A stretch of 64,000 bases of DNA, taken from the NCBI GenBank assembly GCA_041652995.1, contig JBAZGO010000010.1:32018-96017 (forward strand), given 5' to 3'. A program made the translations under genes and the position numbers. Positions 8,045 to 18,517 of the stretch are shown here, piece by piece (the stretch's first letter is position 1; every line of letters begins with the position of its first letter). Under the pieces are notes generated by a model that was not told where the DNA came from, searched no databases, and worked only from the letters and a program-made list of their open reading frames with translations. This DNA comes from Prolixibacteraceae bacterium. GTDB lineage: Bacteria; Bacteroidota; Bacteroidia; Bacteroidales; Prolixibacteraceae.

Positions 8045-9799
8045 TTATTTATCCAAGTATCGTTTTTCCTTGATCTTTGCCTGAAGTAATTTTGAACCAT
8101 CTCCGGTCTGAAGCGCTTTTTCCCATTGTTCCACTGCGCTTTGCTTTTCACCGAGCATGAAAAGAATATCGCCGTAATGCTCAACGATTACGCCGTTTTT
8201 ATCACCTCCGTTTTTTATCGCTGTTTCCATGTAAAATTTAGCCAGCTTGTAATCTTTCTGCATAAATAGAATCCACGAATACGTGTCGAGGTACGTTGGA
8301 TTATCCGGGTTTGCCCGAACGGCTTTTCCGCTCATTTGTTCAGCCTTGTCCAGATTTTCATTCCGGAGAGAAAGATAATAGGCATAATTGTTCATGGCCA
8401 ACCAGTTTTCAGGATCAAGCCTGATTACATCATCGAAAGCTTTAAAGGCGTCATCAACTTTATCCAGTTTGTAATTAGCTTCGGCACGATATAAATCGAA
8501 CTGTATTTTCATTGGTTTATTATCGAGCAAATATGGCTCGCCTTCGTTCAGAACCTCAAGAGCTTCGGTATATTTTTCGAGCTGAAGACAAGCCACAGCT
8601 TTTAATCCGTACAAATTGGGCTGATTTGGAAATAAATCGAGTGCTTTGTCTGCATCGGCATACACGCTTTTAAAGTCGAGCAAATCATTGCTAATCAGGA
8701 GCAAACGTTCCCAAATCATGTAATTGTCTTTCTGGGTTTCGAGTACTTTGCGCAACTGATCACGAGCTTCAGCCAATTTACCTTTACTGATCAGATATTC
8801 GGCATAAACCGTAAAAACACGATAATCTTCTGAGTTTGTTTTAACCAGAATATCAACCAGTTCAGCAATCTGATCGTCAGAAAAAAACGCTGTATCCTGA
8901 CCAGAAGTTACCATCAGGTAATACTGAATTTTGGTTTCTACATCAACTGATTTATTCTGAAAACCTTTTTTCGCAAATTCCCAGACTTTTTCCTTATCAT
9001 TTTTTTCGCGGTAATACGAAGCGAGCGAGAACAATACAAAACCATTATTCGGATCAATTTCCAGAATTTTATTGTAGTATTTCAACGCGTTTACATCATC
9101 TTTTTCCGACAGATAATAATCGGCCATTAATCCATAATAACGCGGCTCGCTGGGGTTCGAATCAATAAGTTTCTGTAGTTCTTCCAATGCTTCCTTTTTC
9201 TTTCCGGCCGCCTGGTAAATTTGCTCTTTCTCTACCGCAATCTGATCGTTTATCCCGACCTTTTTTTCAAGCTCGTTATACACCGCAATTGCCCGATCGT
9301 ACTTCTGCGCCGACGAAAGCAAAGCGGCATTCATGTAAAGATATTCCAGATTTTCAGGATCTAACTTGTAAAGTTCGGAATATAATTCCGCAGCTTTTTC
9401 GTATTGTTTGCCTTGTTGGTAAATCTGGGCAAGCAAAACTTTATACCACTTGTTTGACGGATCAAGCGAAATTGCTTTTTCGAGCAAAAGCGAAGAACTG
9501 GTCTGATCGCCATTTCCGCTATGAATTTTAGCCAGCTCGAACATGGCCGAAGCTGAATTTGAATTAATTTCGAGGCATTTCGAAAACAGTGAAATTGCAG
9601 CCTGCTGATTACCAATCATTTTTTGCTTCAGGCCTTCGATAAATGTGTATTCAAATTCATTTTTTTCATCCTCAGAAATAGTGTCTTCCACCGTTTCTGT
9701 TTTAGCCTGAACCGGTAATTTTACTTCCTTTTTTGTAGTTGCGCACGAAAAAGTCAGTACCGAAACAAACACTATGTAAACTAAATATCTTTTTTTCAT
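8045..9799 (-). CDS. Tetratricopeptide repeat lipoprotein
   Basis: ATG 9799 gives MKKRYLVYIVFVSVLTFSC (lipobox); many TPR-like repeats; NNYAYYLS...YLDTYSWILF motif. Confidence 0.85.
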   Translation of the reverse strand: MKKRYLVYIVFVSVLTFSCATTKKEVKLPVQAKTETVEDTISEDEKNEFEYTFIEGLKQKMIGNQQAAISLFSKCLEINSNSASAMFELAKIHSGNGDQTSSSLLLEKAISLDPSNKWYKVLLAQIYQQGKQYEKAAELYSELYKLDPENLEYLYMNAALLSSAQKYDRAIAVYNELEKKVGINDQIAVEKEQIYQAAGKKKEALEELQKLIDSNPSEPRYYGLMADYYLSEKDDVNALKYYNKILEIDPNNGFVLFSLASYYREKNDKEKVWEFAKKGFQNKSVDVETKIQYYLMVTSGQDTAFFSDDQIAELVDILVKTNSEDYRVFTVYAEYLISKGKLAEARDQLRKVLETQKDNYMIWERLLLISNDLLDFKSVYADADKALDLFPNQPNLYGLKAVACLQLEKYTEALEVLNEGEPYLLDNKPMKIQFDLYRAEANYKLDKVDDAFKAFDDVIRLDPENWLAMNNYAYYLSLRNENLDKAEQMSGKAVRANPDNPTYLDTYSWILFMQKDYKLAKFYMETAIKNGGDKNGVIVEHYGDILFMLGEKQSAVEQWEKALQTGDGSKLLQAKIKEKRYLDK

Positions 9800-9803
9800 T
9801 CTA

Positions 9804-10238
9804 TTACTTTTTACCTGTATGGCCAAAACCACCAGCTCCCCGAACAGTTTCTTCCAACACTTCAACCACTTCCCAACCAATATGTTCATGTTTTGCGATG
9901 ACCATCTGGCAAATCCGTTCGCCATGATTGATTACAAATTCTTCGTTTGACAGATTTACAAGGATTATACCGATTTCGCCACGATAATCAGCATCAATTG
10001 TTCCGGGCGAATTCAGTACTGAAATTCCCTTTTTCAACGCCAAACCACTTCTCGGACGAATCTGTGCCTCATAACCAACCGGCAATTCAATGAATAAACC
10101 AGTCGGAACCAATACTCGCTCAAGTGGTTTTAACACAATAGGTTCTTCAAGATTTGCACGAAGATCCATACCAGCCGAATGAATTGTACTGTATTCGGGT
10201 AAGGGATTTGATGAGCGGTTGACAATATTTACGATCAT
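9804..10238 (-). CDS. dut: dUTP diphosphatase
   Basis: [41 protein letters not shown]. Confidence 0.97.
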   Translation of the reverse strand: MIVNIVNRSSNPLPEYSTIHSAGMDLRANLEEPIVLKPLERVLVPTGLFIELPVGYEAQIRPRSGLALKKGISVLNSPGTIDADYRGEIGIILVNLSNEEFVINHGERICQMVIAKHEHIGWEVVEVLEETVRGAGGFGHTGKK

Positions 10239-10354
10239 TATTTTAACAATTTCGGGTTCTGTATTTTAAATTTTATGCCTGAATTATTTTCAAGCTGCTA
10301 AGATATGGATTAAAAACCTGAATGAATCACTTTGGCAGCCAACGTTAACAATAT

Positions 10355-11491
10355 TTAGCACGATTCAACTACCATGAAATCAGCCATAATTTTGTCGGAA
10401 ATGAATAATCCATCCAGACTTAAAGTAACGACATCCGGCTTTTGGTTGACATGTCCCGACTGTACATATTTTTTCATTATTCTCTGAAAATGAACAAGAT
10501 ACTTCGATGAAAATTCGGTTTGAATAAATTCTTCTGAAATACCCCAAATTGTCCGGAGACCTGTAATAATGTAATCGTTGTAACGATCCTGTTCGGTCAG
10601 AATTTCGGATTCACTGAACGGTTCATTGTTCTCAAGTCCTGACAAATATTTGCTTATGGACGAAACATTCCACCGTCGGCTGTTCAAATCAAACGAATGG
10701 GCTGACGGGCCGATTCCCATATATTTTTTACTTTTCCAATACGATGAATTATGCTGCGAATAAAACCCTGATTTGCAGAAATTCGAAATCTCGTACTGCT
10801 CAAAACCAGCTTCATTCAATAATTTCACCAATATTTCAAATTGCTGCAGACTAATTTCATCGGGTAATTCTTTCAGATGCCCTTTTTTGAGCTGGTCGTA
10901 AAAAACCGTGCCTTCGTGATAAGTCAGGTGATAAGCCGAAATGTGTTGAACATCAAGATCGATTGCCCGACGTACATTGTATTCCCATTCCTGAAGATTC
11001 TGATTGGGCAAACCGTAAATCAAGTCGATACTAATATTTTTAAATCCTGATTTCTTTGCGGTTTCAACAGCCTGAACTGCTTGTCCGGAATCGTGACGAC
11101 GATTCATTATTTTAAGGTCAGATTCTGCAAAAGATTGAATTCCAATACTAATCCGGTTGTATCCGATTTTCCGTAACGCAATTAGTTTTGGCTCATTAAT
11201 GTCATCAGGATTTGCCTCGATAGTAATTTCAGCATCGCTGCGAAGTGTATAATTTCTGCCAATCGTAGTCAGAAGTTCATCCAGTTCGCCAACCTGCAAA
11301 ACAGAAGGAGTTCCGCCACCCAAATAAACGGTATTAATTTCTTCGGAAACCATTTCCGGAGCGCGTGTTTCCAATTCAGTAATCAAACCTTTAACCAGCC
11401 TGAATTTTTGTCCAAAATCAGTCGTCTTGTAAAAATCACAGTAATGACACCGTTTTCGGCAAAATGGAATGTGAATGTAAATTCCGGCCAT
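10355..11491 (-). CDS. hemW: Radical SAM heme chaperone HemW
   Basis: YIHIPFCRKRCHYCDF, YLGGGTPS, HISAYHLT, YEISNF, HNSSYW. Confidence 0.9.
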   Translation of the reverse strand: MAGIYIHIPFCRKRCHYCDFYKTTDFGQKFRLVKGLITELETRAPEMVSEEINTVYLGGGTPSVLQVGELDELLTTIGRNYTLRSDAEITIEANPDDINEPKLIALRKIGYNRISIGIQSFAESDLKIMNRRHDSGQAVQAVETAKKSGFKNISIDLIYGLPNQNLQEWEYNVRRAIDLDVQHISAYHLTYHEGTVFYDQLKKGHLKELPDEISLQQFEILVKLLNEAGFEQYEISNFCKSGFYSQHNSSYWKSKKYMGIGPSAHSFDLNSRRWNVSSISKYLSGLENNEPFSESEILTEQDRYNDYIITGLRTIWGISEEFIQTEFSSKYLVHFQRIMKKYVQSGHVNQKPDVVTLSLDGLFISDKIMADFMVVESC

Positions 11492-11546
11492 TAAAAATGA
11501 ATGAATAGTGAATTATAAATTAGCCGAGGAAAAAACAACATTCAAA

Positions 11547-11990
11547 CTAAAGTCTGATAATGTCATCGAATCCTGTCATGTCGCCCAATATTCCTTCAAT
11601 AGTGGTTTCCTGGTAAAATTGCAGCAACTGAGCCCTGATGGGACCGAATCTTCCATGCACAGGACAAGGTTTTTCATTTGCTTCGTGCGTGGCACAGGGC
11701 TGAAGCCCGATCAGACAATTTCTGAAAAAATCGTCGCCGTCAACAATTCTAACAATATCGTACAAAGAAATTTCGCTGGTTTTCTTCCCCAGTCCAAACC
11801 CGCCATTTGGCCCTTTTGTTGATACTAAAATCTTCTGTTTCACCAGATTCTGCAATATTTTACCCAAAAAAGGAGTTGGGATTACCAGGTCGGATGAAAT
11901 TTTTTTTATACCGATTTTTGTTCCGTCTTCAGAATATTTTCCCAGATAGATGAGCGCCCTTAGAGCGTATTTACATGTATTGGATAGCAT
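11547..11990 (-). CDS. Rrf2 family transcriptional regulator
   Basis: YALRALIYL...FLGKILQNLVKQKILVSTKGPNGGF; C-terminal CLIG..C....C..H cluster. Confidence 0.92.
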   Translation of the reverse strand: MLSNTCKYALRALIYLGKYSEDGTKIGIKKISSDLVIPTPFLGKILQNLVKQKILVSTKGPNGGFGLGKKTSEISLYDIVRIVDGDDFFRNCLIGLQPCATHEANEKPCPVHGRFGPIRAQLLQFYQETTIEGILGDMTGFDDIIRL

Positions 11991-11995
11991 AGGTT

Positions 11996-13366
11996 CTATT
12001 TTTTAGTGGTCCATTGTTTGCTAAATGATTGATCAGCCAGCCTGGGAATTTGCTTTTTTTCGCCCAAAGCATTAGTACTTAACAAAGTAAGCATATTTTT
12101 TGTTTTTCCTCCAACCAGATCAAGTCGGTTCCTTTTCGAAAATGCAAATTCGTAAGCTTTCATTCCGCTGTTCCAGATAAATCCACCATTACCAGCTCTT
12201 ACAGCATCACGACGATTGATTAAAAGCATGTGGTGCAGTGGTATTTTAACCGGACAAACTTCGGTGCATTTACCACAAACCGAACAGGCCGAACTGAGGT
12301 GATTGTATTCTTTCAGGCCCTTGAAAAAAGGAGTAATAACCGAACCTATTGGCCCGCTGTATGTGGCATCGTAAGTGTATCCGCCAATGTTTTTATAGAT
12401 CGGGCAGGCATTGAGGCACGCCCCGCAACGAATGCATTTCAAGGCCAGATACTGATCGTTGTTACTGTAAAGTTCGCTTCGTTTATTGTCAAGCAAAATG
12501 ACAAACATTTTCTCCGGACCATCAGTTTCCCCTGTTTTTCTTGGCCCGGTAATCAACGAATTGTACACCGAGATTTGCTGACCTGTTCCGTGAGCAGCAA
12601 GAATCGGCCACATCAGGCCCAGATCCTGCATTCGTGGAAGTATTTTTTCGATTCCCGCAATAACAATGTGAATTTTCGGAAACGAAACAGTCATTAGCGC
12701 ATTGCCTTCATTTTCAGTTAAGGCAATTCCTCCAACATCGGCAACCAGGAAATTTGCGCCTGTAATTCCGGCATCGGCCGTTGTAAATTTCTGCCGGAGT
12801 TTTTTCCTCACAAAACCAGTCAGATATTCAGGTTCACTACCTTCGGGTGTATTAAATTTTTCAGTAAAAAGCTCAGCAATATCCTGCCGCGATTTGTGCA
12901 TGCAGGGAGTTACAATGTGATACGGTTTTTCGCCTGCCAACTGCACGATGTATTCACCCAAATCGGTTTCGAGCGATTCAACGCCTATTTCTTCGAGGTG
13001 TTCGTTTAAATCTATTTCTTCGGTTGTCATCGATTTGCTTTTGACCACCGTTTTGGCATTGTTTTCAATCAGTATTTTCTTCACTGCATCAATGGCCTCA
13101 ACAGTATCTTCAGCCCAAATAACCGAAGCGCCATTGGCGGTAATATTTTTCTCGAACTGAAGTAAATAATCGTATAAATTATTGATTGCCTGAGATTTTA
13201 AATATGAAGCGCGTGTTTTTGCCAGTTCAAGGTTTGAATATCTTTTCTTGCCACGATCAACCGCAGCATCATACTTTGAGATGTTGAATTTAATGGTTGC
13301 CCGATGTTTCAAATCGAAGGCAATCTGTTCTGACTTCTTTAAAAATATATCTTTTTGTTCCGACAT
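11996..13366 (-). CDS. lutB: Lactate utilization protein B (LutB/YkgF; LUD domain + 2x[4Fe-4S])
   Basis: VVKSKSMTTEEI, ETDLGEYIVQL, CIRCGACLNACP, SACSVCGKCTEVCPVKIP. Confidence 0.88.
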   Translation of the reverse strand: MSEQKDIFLKKSEQIAFDLKHRATIKFNISKYDAAVDRGKKRYSNLELAKTRASYLKSQAINNLYDYLLQFEKNITANGASVIWAEDTVEAIDAVKKILIENNAKTVVKSKSMTTEEIDLNEHLEEIGVESLETDLGEYIVQLAGEKPYHIVTPCMHKSRQDIAELFTEKFNTPEGSEPEYLTGFVRKKLRQKFTTADAGITGANFLVADVGGIALTENEGNALMTVSFPKIHIVIAGIEKILPRMQDLGLMWPILAAHGTGQQISVYNSLITGPRKTGETDGPEKMFVILLDNKRSELYSNNDQYLALKCIRCGACLNACPIYKNIGGYTYDATYSGPIGSVITPFFKGLKEYNHLSSACSVCGKCTEVCPVKIPLHHMLLINRRDAVRAGNGGFIWNSGMKAYEFAFSKRNRLDLVGGKTKNMLTLLSTNALGEKKQIPRLADQSFSKQWTTKK

Positions 13367-13367
13367 T

Positions 13368-13796
13368 CTAACAAGGTATCTTGTTTATTCTGTTGAGGTG
13401 CCTGCCTCCCTCAAAACCCGTTTCCAGAAATACTTTGACAATTTCAACAGCTTCTTCGTCGGAAACATACCGGGCAGGGAGCGCACAAACGTTGGCATCG
13501 TTATGCAACCGCGCAAGCCTGGCAATTTCGGGCATCCAGCAAATAGCCGAGCGTATTCCCTGATGTTTGTTTGCTGTCATATTTATGCCGTTGCCACTAC
13601 CGCAAAGTGTAATTCCTTCGTCGAACTCGCCTTTACTCACCGCCTCTGCAAGTGGATGCGCGTAATCCGGATAATCGCTGCTTTCGGCCGAATAAGCACC
13701 GAAATCTTTATATTCAATTCCCTGCTCCTGAAGATATTTCAGTACAGCTTGTTTCCTTTCAAATCCGGCATGATCACTCGCAACGGCGATTTTCAT
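13368..13796 (-). CDS. rpiB: Ribose-5-phosphate isomerase B
   Basis: IAVASDHAGF, DYPDYA, LCGSGNG, ANKH.GIR, HNDANV, FEGGRH..RINKI. Confidence 0.95.
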   Translation of the reverse strand: MKIAVASDHAGFERKQAVLKYLQEQGIEYKDFGAYSAESSDYPDYAHPLAEAVSKGEFDEGITLCGSGNGINMTANKHQGIRSAICWMPEIARLARLHNDANVCALPARYVSDEEAVEIVKVFLETGFEGGRHLNRINKIPC

Positions 13797-13853
13797 CTTT
13801 ATAATTTTTAAGAATTAAAATTCAAAAATAATACTTAATAGTATTTTATTAGC

Positions 13854-15326
13854 CTATCGCTTCAATAAACTTTTCAGATCGTTTTTTTCTGCAAAAAAAA
13901 CCACAGCCAAAAAAGTCGAAAACAAAGCAATATTTAATGTATATTGCAGTATTACAGCATCAAAATGAATAAATCCGGAAACAAAATATAAACCAATAGC
14001 AAGGAACAGATACATTAAAATTCGTTTCAAATCGTATTCAACACGATAATATTTCTGTCCAACGAGGTAAGAAATTACCGTCATTATCACAAAACAGATG
14101 AGTACGCCATAAGCCGAACCCATATAACCCATCGTCGGAATCAGTAAAACATTTGCAGCAATGGTCAGCACTGCTCCAATTCCGGCAATCCAGGCGCCCA
14201 TCCAGGTTTTGTCTGATAATTTGTACCAGAGCGATAGGTTAAAATAAATTCCCATAAACAAATTAGCCATCAAAACGGCAGGAACAACTTTTAATCCTGA
14301 ATGATATTCGGAGCCAATAATGATCTTGAAAACATCGATAAACAAAGTGATTCCCAAAAAAATCAACAAGCCAAAAATGACGAAATACTTCATCACTTGG
14401 GCATAAATCAGGCGCGAATCGTTGTTTTTCTGATGACTGAAAAAGAAAGGTTCGAACGAATACCGGAATGCCTGGATAAACATGTTCATCAGGATGGCCA
14501 GTTTGTAATTTGCTCCGTAAATACCGAGTTGCTCCATGGGTTTTTGAGCCGTTGGAATTAACTCCGGAATCAGAATTTTATCAATGTTTTGGTTCACCAT
14601 TCCAAAAATTCCGACCAGCAGGATAGGGAAGGAGTACCAAAACATTTCCCTGAAAAGTTTCCAATCGAAAATCGGTTTGATCTTTTTGATTTCAGGAATA
14701 AGCATGATGAGCGTAATCACTGAGGCAATGAGATTGGCCACAAAAACATATCCAACGCCAAATTCAGGATAATAGATAAACCGCACAAAACTTTCGGGAT
14801 TTGATTTCAGTATGTATGGACAAATCGTCAGGAAAAAAATATTGAAAAAAATATTGAAGAAAATATTGACCATTTTCAGTGTGGCAAACCGGACTGCTTT
14901 TCCTTCGAGTCGTAAGTTGGCAAACGGAATGGCTGTTCCGGCATCGAGCGCCACAATAATAGCCAGCCATTTGATGTATTCCTGACTATTTGGAAAATCG
15001 AGAAAACCGGCCATATTTCCGGAGAAAATAAAAGCGATGAGAACAAAAAGTATTGAACTGCCGAAAAGTGAAAATGCGCTGGTAGAATAAATCCTGTCTT
15101 TTTTATCCGATTTATTGGCATACCTGAAAAATCCGGTCTCCATCCCGAAAGTCAGAATAACCAACAGAAAAGCAACGTATGAATATAGATTGGTTACAAC
15201 CCCATACTCTTCAGGAAGAAAAATACGCGAATAATAGGGTACCAGCCACCAGTTCAGGAAACGGCCGATAATGCTGCTCATGCCATAAATGGCGGTTTCT
15301 CCGGCAAGTTTTTTTAGTGCGCCCAC
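13854..15326 (-). CDS. Polysaccharide biosynthesis / MATE-like flippase
   Basis: LAGETAIYG start, roughly 12-14 hydrophobic segments, FGMETGFFRY, QAFRYSFEPFFF. Confidence 0.82.
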   Translation of the reverse strand: MGALKKLAGETAIYGMSSIIGRFLNWWLVPYYSRIFLPEEYGVVTNLYSYVAFLLVILTFGMETGFFRYANKSDKKDRIYSTSAFSLFGSSILFVLIAFIFSGNMAGFLDFPNSQEYIKWLAIIVALDAGTAIPFANLRLEGKAVRFATLKMVNIFFNIFFNIFFLTICPYILKSNPESFVRFIYYPEFGVGYVFVANLIASVITLIMLIPEIKKIKPIFDWKLFREMFWYSFPILLVGIFGMVNQNIDKILIPELIPTAQKPMEQLGIYGANYKLAILMNMFIQAFRYSFEPFFFSHQKNNDSRLIYAQVMKYFVIFGLLIFLGITLFIDVFKIIIGSEYHSGLKVVPAVLMANLFMGIYFNLSLWYKLSDKTWMGAWIAGIGAVLTIAANVLLIPTMGYMGSAYGVLICFVIMTVISYLVGQKYYRVEYDLKRILMYLFLAIGLYFVSGFIHFDAVILQYTLNIALFSTFLAVVFFAEKNDLKSLLKR

Positions 15327-15342
15327 AACTTAAAATTTTGGC

Positions 15343-15350
15343 CAAATATA
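15343..15350 (-). promoter_or_regulatory. -7 promoter element for the flippase-rpiB-lutB-rrf2-hemW run
   Basis: Minus strand TATATTTG, 17 nt before the ATG. Confidence 0.55.
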
Positions 15351-15415
15351 CAAACCTAATTCTGAATGCCTACCTCAAAAATAACACTGAAAGCGAATTG
15401 ATTTTTAATTTGTTT

Positions 15416-15423
15416 TATATTTG
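15416..15423 (+). promoter_or_regulatory. -7 promoter element for glutaminyl cyclase gene
   Basis: TATATTTG, about 33 nt before the ATG. Confidence 0.5.
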
Positions 15424-15456
15424 AACCCTGATTAAACCCATCACATAAATACAAAA

Positions 15457-16527
15457 ATGAATTTCAGACTATTCATAATATTTCTATTTTTTGCTGTTCT
15501 TATCAGTTCATTTTCCTGCTCAAATAAATCGAACCGTTCCAGAAAACCAGTAGTCAGGATAAATATTGAATCGGTACATAAAAAAATTGTGTACGGCGAC
15601 GATATTAAAGTTGACATCGCTGTAAAAGTGAAAGATGGTGAATTACAAACGACTAAAGTCTTTGTTGACACAGTTTTGATTACTACCAGTGAAAAATATG
15701 AATTCACGCATAGTCTTGCGAAATTTAAACAAATTGGAAAACACACCTTAAAAGTTCAGTCTGTAAAAACAGATGGAATAGAAGGTGTTTATTACAAGAC
15801 TTTCGAGGTTTTGTCGGATGTAATTCCTGAAAAGCTTGGTTACGAATTAATAGCCTCATACCCTCACAATGAAACGTCATTTACCGAAGGTTTAGAAATT
15901 CACGATGGTTTTTTGTATGAAAGCACTGGTGAAAACGGAAAATCTGTTTTATATAAAAGCAATTTAAAAACCGGAAAAATTATACAGTCGGTTAAACTTG
16001 CTGATAAATATTTTGGTGAAGGAATCACTATTTTAAACGATAAGATCTTCCAGCTAACTTATAAAACAAAAGTTGGTTTTATTTATAAACTTGAAAACAT
16101 GGCCCGAATCGACAGTTTTCATTTCGAATCGGCTGAAGGCTGGGGGATGACCAATGACGGACAAAACCTGATTATGAGCGACGGCTCCAATAATTTAACT
16201 TACCTCGATCCGATCACTTTAAAAACGACAAAAAAACTACAGGTTTACGACGATAAAAATGCCTTTGTTTATATCAACGAACTCGAATATTCAGACGGTT
16301 TTATTTACGCCAACGTTTGGGGAACCAACATCATTGTAAAAATTGATCCGAAAACCGGGAAAATACTTGCCAAAATAAATCTCGATGGAATTTTAATTCA
16401 TTCAAATCCCAGTACTCAAGTGGATGTCTTAAACGGAATCGCTATTGATCGGGAAACAAAAAAAATGTATGTCACCGGAAAATTTTATCCTAAAATATTT
16501 GAAATAAAACCAGTCAAAAAAGAGTAG
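15457..16527 (+). CDS. Glutaminyl-peptide cyclotransferase (lipoprotein with N-terminal extension)
   Basis: Lipobox SFSC; YPH...FTEGLE, YESTG, YFGEGIT, EGWGMT, NELEY, ANVW, VLNGIA, VTGK. 3' end overlaps ruvB by 14 nt (convergent). Confidence 0.92.
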   Translation: MNFRLFIIFLFFAVLISSFSCSNKSNRSRKPVVRINIESVHKKIVYGDDIKVDIAVKVKDGELQTTKVFVDTVLITTSEKYEFTHSLAKFKQIGKHTLKVQSVKTDGIEGVYYKTFEVLSDVIPEKLGYELIASYPHNETSFTEGLEIHDGFLYESTGENGKSVLYKSNLKTGKIIQSVKLADKYFGEGITILNDKIFQLTYKTKVGFIYKLENMARIDSFHFESAEGWGMTNDGQNLIMSDGSNNLTYLDPITLKTTKKLQVYDDKNAFVYINELEYSDGFIYANVWGTNIIVKIDPKTGKILAKINLDGILIHSNPSTQVDVLNGIAIDRETKKMYVTGKFYPKIFEIKPVKKE

Positions 16528-17536
16528 GGGAGTCACCGTATTGTATTCGTCCCAGATGTTTGTAGGCAAGTTCTGTCACTTCCCTGCCTCTGGGAGTTCG
16601 TTTTAAAAAGCCTTCTTTAATTAAAAAAGGTTCGTAAACTTCTTCAATTGTTCCTGAATCCTCACCCACAGCAGTTGCTATCGTAGAAACTCCAACTGGT
16701 CCCCCTTTGAATTTATCGATAATGGTAACAAGTATTTTATTATCCATTTCGTCGAGACCATACTTGTCTATATTTAAAGCATCCAGCGAATACAAAGTGA
16801 TGTCCAAATCTATCTGGCCATTTCCTTTTACCTGGGCAAAATCGCGCACCCGACGAAGCAAAGCATTTACAATACGCGGTGTTCCACGACTTCTTCCGGC
16901 TATTTCCACCGCAGCCTGATCGGCTATTTTTACATTCAAAATTTGAGCCGACCGTTTTACAATTTTGGTGAGCACATCAACATCATAGTATTCAAGATGC
17001 GATTTTATGCCAAAACGAGCCCGCAGAGGACTTGTTAGCAGACCGGAGCGGGTGGTTGCACCAATTAATGTAAAAGGGTTTAATTCGATCTGAATGGAGC
17101 GAGCACTGGGTCCTTTATCGATCATGATGTCGATTTTGTAGTCCTCCATTGCCGAATACAAATATTCCTCTACAATGGGGCTTAATCTGTGAATTTCGTC
17201 GATAAACAAAACGGCATTCGGTTCCAGGTTGGTTAGTAAACCAGCCAAATCACCAGGTTTATCCAAAACAGGACCTGATGTCAATTTCAGCGTAACACCC
17301 AATTCGTTTGCAATAATATTTGAAAGAGTTGTTTTACCGAGTCCGGGAGGTCCGTGCAGTAACACATGGTCCAATGCCTCACCACGAAGTTTGGCTGCCT
17401 GAACAAATATTTTTAGATTTTCAACAATTTTACTTTGACCGCTGAAGTCGTCAAATTCGAGTGGCCTCAATTGTTTGTCAAAATCTTTTTCATTTTCTGA
17501 AAAAGCTTCTTCTCTGAAATCGAAATGTTCGCTCAT
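16514..17536 (-). CDS. ruvB: Holliday junction branch migration helicase RuvB
   Basis: LRP...[40 protein letters not shown]. Confidence 0.98.
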   Translation of the reverse strand: MSEHFDFREEAFSENEKDFDKQLRPLEFDDFSGQSKIVENLKIFVQAAKLRGEALDHVLLHGPPGLGKTTLSNIIANELGVTLKLTSGPVLDKPGDLAGLLTNLEPNAVLFIDEIHRLSPIVEEYLYSAMEDYKIDIMIDKGPSARSIQIELNPFTLIGATTRSGLLTSPLRARFGIKSHLEYYDVDVLTKIVKRSAQILNVKIADQAAVEIAGRSRGTPRIVNALLRRVRDFAQVKGNGQIDLDITLYSLDALNIDKYGLDEMDNKILVTIIDKFKGGPVGVSTIATAVGEDSGTIEEVYEPFLIKEGFLKRTPRGREVTELAYKHLGRIQYGDSPTLF

Positions 17537-17556
17537 TTTTAGCTTTTATAGCAGCC

Positions 17557-17564
17557 CAAAAGTA
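17557..17564 (-). promoter_or_regulatory. -7 promoter element for ruvB
   Basis: Minus strand TACTTTTG, 20 nt before the ATG. Confidence 0.55.
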
Positions 17565-17606
17565 AAAAATTTAAAGTTGAAGTGAAGAAAAGTTCCAGAC
17601 TTAAAT

Positions 17607-17996
17607 TCAGGAGGGAATTTTTAATTCGTCGAAAATTAATTTGAGTTTTTCCAGATCAAAAGGCTTAGCCATAAATTCGTCCATTCCGTATGAGATGCAT
17701 TTATCGCGGTCGTTATCCATGGTATTTGCGGTAAGCGCAATGATTGGAGTCCGTTTCTGGAAACCGTTGGAATTTTCTAATTCTCTAATCTTAACAGTAG
17801 CTTCAAGACCATCCATTACCGGCATCATGATGTCCATTAAAATCACATCAAACTTACGCTCACGAAATTTTTGAATAGCTTCAATACCATTGTTGGCTAT
17901 GATTACCTCGTGATTATACTTCTTCAAACTGAACGTAACAATACGTTGGTTTAACAGATTATCTTCCACCAATAATATATTTAATCTCTCTCTCAT
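17607..17996 (-). CDS. Single-domain response regulator (receiver only)
   Basis: ILLVEDN, DVILMDIMMPVMDG, IIALTAN, FMAKPF; ATG 17996. Confidence 0.92.
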   Translation of the reverse strand: MRERLNILLVEDNLLNQRIVTFSLKKYNHEVIIANNGIEAIQKFRERKFDVILMDIMMPVMDGLEATVKIRELENSNGFQKRTPIIALTANTMDNDRDKCISYGMDEFMAKPFDLEKLKLIFDELKIPS

Positions 17997-18005
17997 ACCA
18001 TTCAA

Positions 18006-18517
18006 TCAGTTCAACGAATATAGTATATTCTTTTAAACTCCAAAAGGAAACCCTGAAGTTTCATATTTTTTAGCTAAAGCCATGCATTAATATTATTATT
18101 ATTTGTTTTAAAATGAAATTAAAGAAAATGATAATGAATATATCCTGTTAATTGGGCTGATATCTTTTTTAATAATCTCTTGCTTTTTCTAATTTCATTA
18201 ATTTATTTAATTTTTTAAACGAGTTATTAACAGTATAAATGCCTGATTTTAATCTAAATTTGTGTTTGATCAACAAATGTTAGTTCATTTAATTATTAAT
18301 AAATAAGTGTTACAAATCGATTTCATTTTTGTTTGAACTTTGTGCAATTACAAATGATTAAATCTTGTTGCTTCAGTGAAATTAATATCCAATACAAAAT
18401 TCATTCAATATCTTTGTCAAAAAATTTGATTTTTTTCATCGGATTTATAAACAACTACAATTTAGAAATGTTTAAAAGATGAATATTTAATGATCTGGGA
18501 ATGAATTTATTATAAAG
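18006..18517. other. Candidate chromosomal replication origin (oriC)
   Basis: 512-nt very AT-rich gap at the gene-orientation and GC-skew switch. TTWTNAACA boxes at 18224, 18445, 18469 (rc) and 18541 (rc); near-matches at 18267 and 18529. parS and mnmG lie within about 6 kb. Confidence 0.6.
18409..18416 (+). promoter_or_regulatory. -7 promoter element for the DUF4175-ybeY-mnmG operon
   Basis: TATCTTTG, about 100 nt before ATG 18518. Confidence 0.45.

Noticed and set aside
16880-16888. TGTTCCACG inside ruvB as a second parS
   Set aside because: Half-site only; it encodes the conserved RGTP motif. The CGTGAAAC at about 41444 is also only a half-site.
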